From assembly GCA_964500975.1 (NCBI GenBank), contig CAZCQW010000004.1, positions 9,816-73,815 on the forward strand: a stretch of 64,000 bases of DNA, written 5' to 3'. How positions within the stretch are numbered: the first letter of the stretch is position 1; each line of letters starts with the position of its first letter. The notes under the pieces were generated by a model. The model did not search any database and was not told the origin of the DNA. It saw nothing but the letters and a program-made list of their open reading frames with translations. Source of the DNA: an uncultured Gammaproteobacteria bacterium (GTDB taxonomy: Bacteria > Patescibacteriota > Patescibacteriia > Patescibacteriales > UBA12465). A program made the position numbers and the translations under genes. Below are positions 50,476-60,403 of this stretch, piece by piece.

Positions 50476-51831
50476 ATGAAAAAAAGTTCAAAGGGAATCA
50501 TTAATTCGATTCTAAGTTTCGTTTTTCTTTTTGCTTTACCAATTATTATTGTGGCAATTATGTTTATAGCTCTTAGCAAATCATTTGCGATTGGGCTTAC
50601 CGTTATTATTTCATTGCTTGTTGTTGAGCTATTGCTCGGCCGGAAATATCGTGAATCATTTTATTGGTCAGAATACAGAAATTTTAGATTCTGGGGAATG
50701 ACGGGAGAAGCTAAATTTAACAAGTACTTAAACATATTGTTTAATGCTACTAAGGTTATAACTGTTCTCGGACTGCTTTGTCTTATATGTCAAAATTTTT
50801 CGGAAATACTAAATCCTTTCGGAGGCTTAGGCAAGACTATCCTGGTTTGTTCGACACTGATCGGAATTCTTATTGTGTGTTCTGGCGGTTATAATAAACG
50901 TGGTAATTATTTCGAAAGCTATGAAAAAGTTAGGGCAAGTTTTGCCCTCGCAATATTACTAACGATTGTCAGTTTTGTCTATATGACTTTTGGAACACAG
51001 TTAATCTGGATTCCACTTCTCGCAACTATAATGCTTACGTTGTTTGAGGGTTATGAAGAACTTGGGGAAAGATTTAATCAGGAAGAATATGCTTTTGGAG
51101 TATATTCGGCTGGTGCAGCTTTTTCTGCGGCGATAATAAGCACAATTATCCAATTCTGGTCTCACATTGCTTATTTCTTTGTTACTATCTGGAATTTTAT
51201 TGTAAAAGTTGGAACTTATGAGATTATTTCCGGCGGACAAGTTTGGGTAGCTGTATTAATTATTAGTATGTTTGTTACTCTAATTTCTGTTAGCAGAAGT
51301 CGAGGAAGAAAAGATAGAGCTAAGAGAGAGGCTCTAAAATTACAAAACGAAAAAGAAGCCGACGCTAAAAGAGAAAGAGGAATTAAGGAAAATGAAAAAA
51401 TTGCGGCAAAGGAGGCCGAAGAAGCTTTTAAGGAAAAAACTATTAAAATGGTTGAAGCATTAGTAGATTCTACCAAAGACAGGGATGCTAAAATAGATGA
51501 AATAGTTATGCTTTCTAAAGCAGTGTATAAGTTTGGCTATAGTTACCTCAATCGCTTTTCCGTGAAATCTCTCGCAGGTATCGTTTTAAGTAATTTTTTT
51601 ACTATATCTGAAATTAAAAAGAGGATAGTCTGGGGCGCAGATTTTGAATACGTTTTGTGTATGTACGCAGATTTGTATCAAAGAAATTACGAAGACGCTG
51701 ACTTAGACAAAATTATTAGCTTGTTTAATTGTCTGGTTAGCTATCTTAGCTCTTCAAAAGAATTTTCGGGATATACAAAAATTGTAGAAAAAATTCAGGA
51801 AACAAAAATCCCGGTAAACTGGGAAAAATAA
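50476..51831 (+). CDS. Hypothetical polytopic membrane protein with C-terminal soluble domain
   Basis: About 8 hydrophobic segments, charged coiled-coil, soluble tail. Confidence 0.8.
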   Translation: MKKSSKGIINSILSFVFLFALPIIIVAIMFIALSKSFAIGLTVIISLLVVELLLGRKYRESFYWSEYRNFRFWGMTGEAKFNKYLNILFNATKVITVLGLLCLICQNFSEILNPFGGLGKTILVCSTLIGILIVCSGGYNKRGNYFESYEKVRASFALAILLTIVSFVYMTFGTQLIWIPLLATIMLTLFEGYEELGERFNQEEYAFGVYSAGAAFSAAIISTIIQFWSHIAYFFVTIWNFIVKVGTYEIISGGQVWVAVLIISMFVTLISVSRSRGRKDRAKREALKLQNEKEADAKRERGIKENEKIAAKEAEEAFKEKTIKMVEALVDSTKDRDAKIDEIVMLSKAVYKFGYSYLNRFSVKSLAGIVLSNFFTISEIKKRIVWGADFEYVLCMYADLYQRNYEDADLDKIISLFNCLVSYLSSSKEFSGYTKIVEKIQETKIPVNWEK

Positions 51832-51887
51832 AGTTCAAAACGTTCAAAATATAGCAGTAGACCTAGTCTACTACTTTTTAATTAGTG

Positions 51888-51950
51888 TTGACATATTCTA
51901 ATAATCATTGTATAATTTATTATTCGTGTAAAAAGACTAACACGATAAAC
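51888..51950 (+). promoter_or_regulatory. Consensus sigma70 promoter plus second copy of TTCGTGTAAA-N8-CACGATAAAC motif
   Basis: TTGACA 51888-17-TATAAT 51911; motif 51923-51950. Confidence 0.8.
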
Positions 51951-51982
51951 ACAAATTTAATGTTAATTAAAAATAAGTAATC

Positions 51983-52501
51983 ATGACAGCAAATAACGTT
52001 TCTATTGAGCAGGTAATCCTGAACGTTTCGAAAAAAATTGTCGATAAGAAAAAAACAAGAATTATGTTTTTTATTATCTTCTTAATTTTTTCGATTATCG
52101 TATATATTTTTTTGCCAGAATTTCGTGCAGCCTCTGAAAAAAATGACTCAGAAATGACCATTTTAGCTTTGGCAATGAGTGGACTTTTCTCAATTGCTGG
52201 TGTAAGTTTATTATTTACAATTTTACCAGCACGATTAAATTTTCATGCTAAACCGAAAGAATTAATTGCGGAAATTGATAATGCTCTTGATGAGTATTTA
52301 ACCGAAATGAATATCACTCTTTACCGCTACAAGAACTCTCTTGAAGCACTTAAGAAAATTAAAAATCAATCACCAGAAATTAGAAAAAAAATTTCTGAAG
52401 TTGAAAAGGATATTTGCCGCATTAAAGTACACCTTGAAAAAATCGATCAGAAACTTGATTCAATCAAGAAAAATACGGTCGATTTAGCTCTAGCTAGTTA
52501 A
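51983..52501 (+). CDS. Hypothetical 2-TM protein with coiled-coil tail
   Basis: Two TM segments; terminator at 52524-52555. Confidence 0.7.
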   Translation: MTANNVSIEQVILNVSKKIVDKKKTRIMFFIIFLIFSIIVYIFLPEFRAASEKNDSEMTILALAMSGLFSIAGVSLLFTILPARLNFHAKPKELIAEIDNALDEYLTEMNITLYRYKNSLEALKKIKNQSPEIRKKISEVEKDICRIKVHLEKIDQKLDSIKKNTVDLALAS

Positions 52502-52560
52502 TTAGCTAAACTAACAAAAACACAAAGGCCATCCTTTAAAAAGATGGCCTTTTTTAATTG

Positions 52561-52644
52561 TACCGCGAGAGGGACTTGAACCCTCATGGTATCGCTACCA
52601 CACGAGTTTGAGTCGTGCATGTCTACCAGTTCCATCATCGCGGC
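52561..52644 (-). tRNA. tRNA-Leu(CAA)
   Basis: Reverse complement GCCGCGA-TG-ATGGAACTGGTAGACAT-G-CACGA-CTCAAAC-TCGTG, long variable arm, GAGGGTTCAAGTCCCTC-TCGCGGT-A; CCA not encoded. Confidence 0.95.
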
Positions 52645-52732
52645 TTTCTAATTACAAAATTTAGTATAATAAATATTAGTTCAATTGTCAAAGATTTAGC
52701 TTTAAGATATAATGAACTTATCAATAAATTTT

Positions 52733-53497
52733 ATGGGAAAAATCATTGCCATTGTTAATCAAAAAGGTGGAGTCGGAAAGACTACGACCTCTGTAAATTT
52801 ATCAGCCTACTTAGCCAATCTTGGCAAAGAGGTTCTTTTAGTTGATCTTGACCCGCAAGCGAATGCAACTTCAGGTTTAGGCCTTGATCACCGCAGTTTA
52901 GAAGCAGGTATTTATGAATCTTTAGTAAGTCATAAACCAGTTCACGAAATTATTAAAAGAACGCTTCAGAATGGTTTGAAAGTTGCTCCTGCGACTCTAG
53001 CTTTAGCTGGTGCTGGTGTTGAGCTTGTTAATCTTGAAAATAGAGAATTCCGCTTGGCAATGATTTTGGAAACAGTTAGAAATGATTTTGATTTTATAAT
53101 TATTGATGGCCCACCTTCTTTAGGCCTCCTAACTATTAATAGTTTAGTGGCGGCCGATGAAGTTTTGATTCCGATTCAAAGTGAGTATTATGCTCTTGAA
53201 GGCTTGAGTCAGCTCTTAGAAACTATTAGTTTGGTTCAGACTAATTTAAAGCCTGAACTAGAAGTGCTTGGTGCGGTTATTACTATGTTTGATAAACGCA
53301 ATAAATTGTCAGATGCAGTTATGGAAGAACTTTATAAATTTTTTCCAAATCGTATTTTTCGTTCAGTTATTCCGCGTAGCGTAAGACTTGCCGAAGCGCC
53401 GAGCTATGGTCGTACAATTTTACAATATGATCCAAAATCACGAGGTGCCAAGGCTTATGAAAGTTTAGCTCGTGAAATTTTAAGTATAGAAAAATAA
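52733..53497 (+). CDS. parA: ParA/Soj ATPase
   Basis: NQKGGVGKTTT, DLDPQANAT, PPSLGLLT, RLAEAPSYG. Confidence 0.96.
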   Translation: MGKIIAIVNQKGGVGKTTTSVNLSAYLANLGKEVLLVDLDPQANATSGLGLDHRSLEAGIYESLVSHKPVHEIIKRTLQNGLKVAPATLALAGAGVELVNLENREFRLAMILETVRNDFDFIIIDGPPSLGLLTINSLVAADEVLIPIQSEYYALEGLSQLLETISLVQTNLKPELEVLGAVITMFDKRNKLSDAVMEELYKFFPNRIFRSVIPRSVRLAEAPSYGRTILQYDPKSRGAKAYESLAREILSIEK

Positions 53498-53547
53498 CCC
53501 GCCCAAGGCGGGCGTGCCCGCCCAAGGCGGCTTGCCCGCCAAAGCGG
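53498..53547. repeat. Three copies of CCCGCC-CAA-GGCGG element between parA and parB
   Basis: 53498-53512, 53517-53530, 53535-53547 (degenerate). Confidence 0.8.
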
Positions 53548-53561
53548 TATAAACAAAATAT

Positions 53562-54455
53562 ATGCCTCAAGGTTTAGGCCGTGGACTCGGCTAGCTTATC
53601 CCAAAAAAAACTATGACTTACGGACAGAATCCGTTTAAGTCTGAAGTTTCTGAAGAAGAGACGGTTGTTTTTCATGATAGTGATAGAATTCTAAAAGTTA
53701 ATCCAGAAAGAATTGCTATTAATCCTCATCAGCCTCGAACCAGTTTTAATGACAATGCTTTAAATGATTTAGCAGAATCAATTCGTCAACACGGAATTAT
53801 TTCTCCATTAATTGTCACGCGTAAAGGTGATGACTTTGAATTAATCGCTGGCGAACGTCGTTTAAGGGCTTCTAAAATTGTTGGTCTAAAAGATGTGCCA
53901 GTTATTGTTCGTGAAGAACAAGATCAAAAAAAATTGGAAATTGCTTTAATTGAAAATCTACAGCGTGAAGATTTAAATCCTCTTGAAGTTGCTCGTTCAT
54001 ACCAAAGATTAATCGATGAATTTAATATTACCCAGGAAGAAGCAGCTAAAAAGGTTGGAAAGGCTCGCTCAAGCGTTGCTAATGCTTTACGTTTATTAAG
54101 CTTGCCTTTAGAAGTTCAAGAAGCGCTAGCGAGTGGAAAAATTACTGAAGCTCATGCTAAGTATTTATTAGGACTTGAAGGAGAGGCGAAGCAGATAAAC
54201 ATGCTTAAAAAAATTATTCGTCAGAACTTGACCGTAGCTGATACTGATAAGGAAATAAAGCGTCTTGGCGGAACTAAAGCTTCTAAAACTAAAGATTATT
54301 TTGATAGAGCTAAAGAGGAGGAATTAGCCGATTATTTAAGTACAAAAGTCGAGTTAAAACGTCAGGGCAGGGGCGGGAAACTAGTTATTGACTTTTATTC
54401 AGAAGAGGAGTTAAATGAAATAATACGTAAAATAAGTCAAGGGAAACATATTTAA
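53562..54455 (+). CDS. parB: ParB/Spo0J with in-frame TAG at codon 11 (53592); possible restart at ATG 53613
   Basis: MPQGLGRGLG*LIPKKTM...NPHQPR, IAGERRLRA, IENLQREDLNPLE. Confidence 0.9.
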
Positions 54456-54512
54456 TGTATCTATAGTTATTTCAAAATAAAATAAATCACAATAACCAAA
54501 AAATCCAGTCTC

Positions 54513-54749
54513 ATGAAGAAATTTAAACTACTTAATCGTGATCAAAAAAAGCTCCGCGTTATCCTGGTTATATCTATTATAATAGGATTAGCAGTTCAGA
54601 TTAATTACCTTATTGATAGCGTTAGCAATGGCTTAAACTTCGATTTAAGTTTATTTACTGACTCTTTTTTATTGGGTCTTGCTTGTGCTGTTGGATTATT
54701 TTTCACAGCAATTATTGCTTTAATGGAAAAAGAAAAATCTGTTCTCTAA
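54513..54749 (+). CDS. Small 2-TM hypothetical protein
   Basis: Two hydrophobic segments; terminator at ~54773-54803. Confidence 0.6.
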   Translation: MKKFKLLNRDQKKLRVILVISIIIGLAVQINYLIDSVSNGLNFDLSLFTDSFLLGLACAVGLFFTAIIALMEKEKSVL

Positions 54750-54863
54750 TTTGGTATCTTGTATAAAATTTTAAGTGGCTTGTTAAAACTAAGCCACTTT
54801 TTTAATACTAAAAATGTGATTTGCCAACCTTAGTTTCTTATACTAAAATGTAGGAACAACTAT

Positions 54864-57800
54864 ATGTCTTTTGTCCATCTCCACAATCATAGCCATTATT
54901 CATTACTTGACGGTTTAACTAAACTGGACGAGATGATTAACTATGCCAAAGAACAGGGGTCGCCGGCGGTTGCGCTTACTGACCATGGTTCTATGTATGG
55001 TATTATTGAGTTTTATCAAAAGGCTAAGAAAGCTGGTATTAAGCCTATTCTTGGGGTTGAGACATATTTGGCTCAGAATTCACGTCATGATAAAAATACT
55101 CGTGAAGATGGTCGTAGTTTTCATCTCATTCTTTTAGCAAAAAATGAAACTGGTTATAAAAACTTAATTAAGCTTGTTTCCCATGCCTACATGGAGGGGT
55201 TTTATTATAAACCAAGAATTGACTGGGAATTACTAAAGGAGCATGCCGATGGTTTAATTGCTTGTAGCGCTTGTTTAGCCGGGGAAATACCAAGACTGAT
55301 TAGATCCGAAAAACTTGAAGAAGCGAAAAAAAGAATTCTTGAATATAATGATCTTTTTGGACAAGATAATTATTATTTAGAAATTCAAGATCACCCAGAA
55401 CTTGCAGACCAAAAAATTGTTAATGATCAATTGATTAAGTTTTCTAAAGAATTAAATATTCCGCTCGTTGCAACTAATGATGTTCATTATTTTAAAAAAG
55501 AAGATGCTGAGGCGCAGGATATTTTATTGTGTCTTCAAAATAAAAAGAAAATTACTGATACCGATAGAATGACTATGATAGGTTATGGCGATTACTCAAT
55601 GCGAAGTAACAGTGAAATGATTGCCGCCTTTAAAGATACTCCAGAAGCAATCAGTAATACTTTGAAAATCGCGGAGATGTGTAACGTTGAAATTGAGCTA
55701 GGAAATATTCAGTTGCCATATTTTGAAGTGCCTGAAGGATATGATGGAAATTCATATTTAAGAGAGTGGTGCGAGCAGGGAATTTTAACTAGATTTCCGG
55801 GTGCGTCTGAAGATGAACTTAAAGTTGTTAAAGAAAGACTAGACTACGAATTGTCAGTAGTGACAAAAATGGGTTGGCCGTCATACTTTTTAATTGTAGC
55901 TGACTTTATTAAATGGGCGCGCGACAATAAGATTGTGGTTGGCCCAGGTCGTGGTAGTGCAGCCGGGTCTTTAGTTTGTTACTTAACTGGAATTACTAAT
56001 CTTGACCCCTTAAAGTACGAATTACTGTTTGAACGTTTCTTAAACCCAGAACGTATTTCCATGCCCGATATTGATATGGATTTCGCCGATATTCGTCGTG
56101 GTGAAGTTTTAGAATACGTGGGTCGTAAATACGGTCAGGATCACGTTGCGCAGATTATTACTTTTGGAACTATGGCGGCTCGTGCGGCTGTTCGGGATGT
56201 GGGGCGAGTACTTGATGAACCTTATGAATTTTGCGATAAGATTTCTAAGAGTATCCCAATGTTTACAAAGCTTGCAGAAGCTATAAAAACTGTTCCCGAA
56301 GTAAAAGATTTATATAAAAACGAACCAGCTGCTAAAAAAATTCTAGACTACGCTCTTCGCTTAGAGGGCGTGGCTCGTCATTCTTCTACACATGCTTGTG
56401 GTGTTTTGATTACCAAGGACCCTTTAACTGAGTATGTGCCCACACAATACGCTTCATCAACTGATAGAAGCATTATCTCTCAATATTCACTTCATCCGAT
56501 TGAAGATCTTGGTCTTCTTAAGATGGACTTTTTGGGTCTAAAAAATCTCACGATTATTGAATCAGCTTTAAAAATTATTAAAAATACTCGTGGTCTTGAT
56601 ATAAATATTGATGATATTCCACTAGACGATGTAGCTGCTTATAAATTATTTCAAGATGGTGAAACCACCGGCGTCTTTCAATTTGAATCATCCGGCATGA
56701 AACGTTATTTACGAGAACTTAAGCCAACTGTTTTTGAAGATATTATCGCAATGGTGGCACTGTATCGTCCTGGTCCTATGGAATGGATTCCTGATTATAT
56801 TGATGGAAAACATAAACGTAAAAAAGTTGTTTATCTTCATGAAAAATTAGCACCAATTTTAGAAAAGACTTACGGCGTGGCGATTTATCAAGAACAAGTT
56901 ATGCAGATTGCTCGTGATCTTGCTGGTTTTACCATGGGTCAAGCTGATGTTTTGCGTAAAGCCATGGGTAAGAAAATTGTTTCGTTGCTAGCCGAGCAGA
57001 AGGAAAAATTTATTGAGGGCTGCGTTAAAAATGGTGTTTATAAGGAATTAGCAGAAAAAGTTTTTTCATTCATTGAACCTTTTGCTGGATATGGTTTTAA
57101 TAGATCTCACGCTGCCTGCTACGCGATGATTGGTTACCAAACTGCTTATCTTAAGGCTCATTGGCCCGTTGAGTTTATGGCAGCACTTTTAACCGCTGAT
57201 CAAGGTGATAGTGATAGAGTTGCAATCGAAATTGAGGAATGTCGTAACATGAATATTAAAATCATGGCACCGGATATTAATGAATCATTTGGAACATTTA
57301 CCGTGGTAACAGCTGGAACAAAAGAAAATAGAATTGTTGGTGAAAATGAAAAAGCCGATACAATTCGCTTTGGTTTAAAAGCAATTAAGAATGTTGGCGA
57401 GCATATCGTTGATACTCTTATTCATGAGCGCAAAGAAAATGGACCATTTGATGATGTTTTTAATTTGCTAGAAAGAGTTACTGATAAAGATTTGAATAAA
57501 AAGTCCTTAGAAAGTCTGATTAAAAGTGGTGCGATGGATAGTTTTGGTGAACGCGGGGAGCTTCTCGCCAATATGGAGAAATTATTGAACTACAACAAGG
57601 AATTAGCGAAAGCCAAAGAAAGTAAGCAGACAAGTTTATTTGCTGACATGCCGGCTTCAAGCGGTCTTCATAAAGCCGCCTTAACTCCGGCTGCCCCAGC
57701 CGAACAAAATGAAAAATTAATTTGGGAAAAGGAATTACTTGGTTTATACGTTAGCGAACACCCTTATAATATTTATAGGCCATATTTAGTAAACTATACC

Positions 57801-58469
57801 GTGCCATTAGTTAAACTTAAACAGCACAAAGGATCAGAACGAGTTATCACGGCCGGAGTTGTTTCAACTATTAAAAAGATTTTAACTCGCAAGGGAGAGT
57901 CAATGCTTTTTGTTAAACTTGAAGACGCAACTAATTCAGTTGAACTTTTAGTATTTCCACGTCTTTATAAGGAAACTGTGAATATTTGGGTTGATGGCCA
58001 AGCAGTTATTCTTGACGGTAGCGTTTCTGAAAAGGATCAAGATGTTAAATTTTTAGTGAATCGCGTTGTTGTTTTAGAAGCTGATAAACCGAAAGAATCC
58101 GTTGATAATTTTAAAAGACTGATGATGGAGGCAGGGCCCGCTAAACCAAACTATAGAAATAAATATATTAATGCAAACAATAATAAATCAGCAGAAAGTA
58201 CTATCAAGTCAGCTCAGGAAGTGGGTTCTAATAATTTACCACCAAAAAATCCTTTGAGAATTATTTTTATGACTGATTTGGAGCCGGCTGATGTTGTAAA
58301 TTTGAAAAATGCTTTTTCAATATATCCTGGAGAAGATGAGGTGTATTTTAAAATTACCGAAAACGGAAAAGCAAAAATTATTAAGACCGCCTTTAAGGTT
58401 GAAAATACCAAAGATTTAGTCGATAAACTAAAGGAAGATTTTCGTGAACTGTTAAAGATTGCTGAGTAG
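54864..58469 (+). CDS. dnaE: DNA polymerase III alpha subunit
   Basis: FVHLHNHSHYSLLDG, GPGRGSAAGS, PDIDMDF, GLLKMDFLGL, YGFNRSHA; no intein visible. Confidence 0.98.
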   Translation: MSFVHLHNHSHYSLLDGLTKLDEMINYAKEQGSPAVALTDHGSMYGIIEFYQKAKKAGIKPILGVETYLAQNSRHDKNTREDGRSFHLILLAKNETGYKNLIKLVSHAYMEGFYYKPRIDWELLKEHADGLIACSACLAGEIPRLIRSEKLEEAKKRILEYNDLFGQDNYYLEIQDHPELADQKIVNDQLIKFSKELNIPLVATNDVHYFKKEDAEAQDILLCLQNKKKITDTDRMTMIGYGDYSMRSNSEMIAAFKDTPEAISNTLKIAEMCNVEIELGNIQLPYFEVPEGYDGNSYLREWCEQGILTRFPGASEDELKVVKERLDYELSVVTKMGWPSYFLIVADFIKWARDNKIVVGPGRGSAAGSLVCYLTGITNLDPLKYELLFERFLNPERISMPDIDMDFADIRRGEVLEYVGRKYGQDHVAQIITFGTMAARAAVRDVGRVLDEPYEFCDKISKSIPMFTKLAEAIKTVPEVKDLYKNEPAAKKILDYALRLEGVARHSSTHACGVLITKDPLTEYVPTQYASSTDRSIISQYSLHPIEDLGLLKMDFLGLKNLTIIESALKIIKNTRGLDINIDDIPLDDVAAYKLFQDGETTGVFQFESSGMKRYLRELKPTVFEDIIAMVALYRPGPMEWIPDYIDGKHKRKKVVYLHEKLAPILEKTYGVAIYQEQVMQIARDLAGFTMGQADVLRKAMGKKIVSLLAEQKEKFIEGCVKNGVYKELAEKVFSFIEPFAGYGFNRSHAACYAMIGYQTAYLKAHWPVEFMAALLTADQGDSDRVAIEIEECRNMNIKIMAPDINESFGTFTVVTAGTKENRIVGENEKADTIRFGLKAIKNVGEHIVDTLIHERKENGPFDDVFNLLERVTDKDLNKKSLESLIKSGAMDSFGERGELLANMEKLLNYNKELAKAKESKQTSLFADMPASSGLHKAALTPAAPAEQNEKLIWEKELLGLYVSEHPYNIYRPYLVNYTVPLVKLKQHKGSERVITAGVVSTIKKILTRKGESMLFVKLEDATNSVELLVFPRLYKETVNIWVDGQAVILDGSVSEKDQDVKFLVNRVVVLEADKPKESVDNFKRLMMEAGPAKPNYRNKYINANNNKSAESTIKSAQEVGSNNLPPKNPLRIIFMTDLEPADVVNLKNAFSIYPGEDEVYFKITENGKAKIIKTAFKVENTKDLVDKLKEDFRELLKIAE

Positions 58470-58599
58470 TTAGATCCTGATAATTATTTAATAAAAAATT
58501 TAATAACATAAATTGCCGCCAATATAAAATTCTGTTATAATAAAGTTAATGTAAATGTTAACTTTTTTTTAAATTAAAAAAAATAATTTTTTTGATACT

Positions 58600-60276
58600 A
58601 TGCCCAAAGCGAAAAAAACTTCAGAAATAAAAAGCGAAAAGAAAATCGCACCTGCTCGAGGCAAGACAGGTAATTCTGAAAAAAAACCAAAAGCTAAAAC
58701 CAAATCTTTGGTTAAAAAAAAGACAGTCGTTTTAAAAAAAACAGCACCAACAGAAAGAGACGATAATTATAAGAAAAAGATTAAGTCTGTTATCGTTGAT
58801 GTTATAAAAGATGAAGATGATGTATTTCCAGATTTACCTTCAGTATATTCATTTCATGAAAATCGTGATTTAACAAGTAATAATGATGATAGCGATGAAG
58901 GTCAAGGTGAAGATGATGAAGATAATAATGAAAGTCATGATGATTATAAAACACAGAAAACCTCTGGTTTAGATTGTAGTGATGATGTTCGAGAAAATAT
59001 GTCAGCAGAGGCAAGTAATAGTGAAAGAAAAAAAGAAGAAGATATTGATAAACAAAAATTATTTTATTCTCAACTTGTTAGTGAAATAAAAACTAAAGAT
59101 GTATCTAATATTGAAAATAGTGCTCCAAGCGCTAAACACATAAGTCTGTATCGCGGTTTAGTTTGGAAATTTTTATCGTTTACTGTGGTTTTGCTTCTGG
59201 TTGTTTTGTATTTCTCTTTTGCGACTCTAACTATAGTTATTTCACCAAAAGGGGAAGAGATAAATGACAGCTTTTTGTTAAAGATAGAATCAGGAAAGAC
59301 AGATAATTCTGGCACACTTTCAGAAACTGATTATAGAGAGCTTATTCCTGGTGAAATTAAAGAAGTATTTTTAAACGACGAAAAAATAGTAACATCAAGT
59401 GGAGAAGAATTTATTGGCGACGAAATATATGGACAAGTCACTCTTGTTAATAATTCAAATAAGCCTCAAGTTTTAGTTGCAAAAACAAGATTGCTTAGTA
59501 CTGATAATAAACTATATCGTCTAAAAGAGGGTGTTACTATTCCGGCTGGAGGAAAAGTTGAAACGGAAATTTATTCTGATATTGCTAACGAAGATATGGC
59601 GATTAATGCTAGCACTTTTACTATTCCAGGTCTTTGGCTCGGTCTTCAAGATAAGATATTCGCTAAGAGTGAAAAGCCTTTTGTTTATAGACAAAAAGTT
59701 AAAAAATATATTAAGGCTAGTGATATTGAACAAGCAACTAGTGAGATGAATAATTCTTTAGTCTCTAAGCTTAAAGAAAAGGGCGGTAAAGTATCAAGTG
59801 ATCAAGTTTTTCTCCATGAAAATCTTGATAATTCGAGTGTCTTAAGTGATGGTAAGGCTGGTGAATCCAAAGAAAGCTTTACTGTAAGAGCGTCGAGTAG
59901 TTTAGTATCGGTTGTATTTTCTAAATCCGATGTTTCTAAATTAGCGGCTGCTAAATTGTCCCTACTTGTTCCAGATGATAAAGAACTGGTTGATTATAGC
60001 CAGGATAATATTAAATACTCCTTGGATCAGTATGATGTTGAGACTGGAGTAGCTACCGTCAAGGCTACTTTTACCGGAACAATGGTTTTGAAAAGCGACG
60101 CTAATATTCTTGATAAAAAACAATTAGTAAACTTAAGCCAACAACAGCTAGAAAATTATCTTAAAACATTTCCTGAAATCAGGAGTTACAAGCTTAAATT
60201 TAACCCTTCATTTATTACCCGAGCTCCGCGTTTACCTGAAAAAATACACGTTCAGGTTGCAGGTTTGGAAAAATAA
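58600..60276 (+). CDS. Single-pass membrane protein: Lys-rich then acidic N-terminus, extracellular domain resembling baseplate-J-like CPR proteins
   Basis: TM at ~aa 187-207, G.VTL.N....Q.LVA.TRL, VTIPAGG, FTIPGL. Confidence 0.6.
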   Translation: MPKAKKTSEIKSEKKIAPARGKTGNSEKKPKAKTKSLVKKKTVVLKKTAPTERDDNYKKKIKSVIVDVIKDEDDVFPDLPSVYSFHENRDLTSNNDDSDEGQGEDDEDNNESHDDYKTQKTSGLDCSDDVRENMSAEASNSERKKEEDIDKQKLFYSQLVSEIKTKDVSNIENSAPSAKHISLYRGLVWKFLSFTVVLLLVVLYFSFATLTIVISPKGEEINDSFLLKIESGKTDNSGTLSETDYRELIPGEIKEVFLNDEKIVTSSGEEFIGDEIYGQVTLVNNSNKPQVLVAKTRLLSTDNKLYRLKEGVTIPAGGKVETEIYSDIANEDMAINASTFTIPGLWLGLQDKIFAKSEKPFVYRQKVKKYIKASDIEQATSEMNNSLVSKLKEKGGKVSSDQVFLHENLDNSSVLSDGKAGESKESFTVRASSSLVSVVFSKSDVSKLAAAKLSLLVPDDKELVDYSQDNIKYSLDQYDVETGVATVKATFTGTMVLKSDANILDKKQLVNLSQQQLENYLKTFPEIRSYKLKFNPSFITRAPRLPEKIHVQVAGLEK

Positions 60277-60289
60277 TATTTGCTTAATT

Positions 60290-60325
60290 AAAAAAACCTC
60301 TCTTTAACTAAGGAGAGATTTTTTT
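60290..60325. terminator. Bidirectional terminator
   Basis: aaaaaaacctctc...gagagattttttt between convergent genes. Confidence 0.7.
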
Positions 60326-60403
60326 ATTTTATCATATGCGCCGAAGACATTTTTTATTTAATAAATTCATTACTCAATCTTTTTAGATTTGCGAAGCCGC
60401 TTC

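Noticed and set aside
50320-52644. Integrative element at tRNA-Leu
   Set aside because: No integrase and no convincing duplicated tRNA 3' end (att site) seen
52645-54860. parS site or origin near parAB
   Set aside because: No TGTTTCACGTGAAACA-like palindrome or DnaA-box cluster found by eye
5575-58469. Inteins or introns in nrdA, nrdB or dnaE
   Set aside because: Lengths are normal and motifs contiguous; no splicing motifs or homing endonuclease seen
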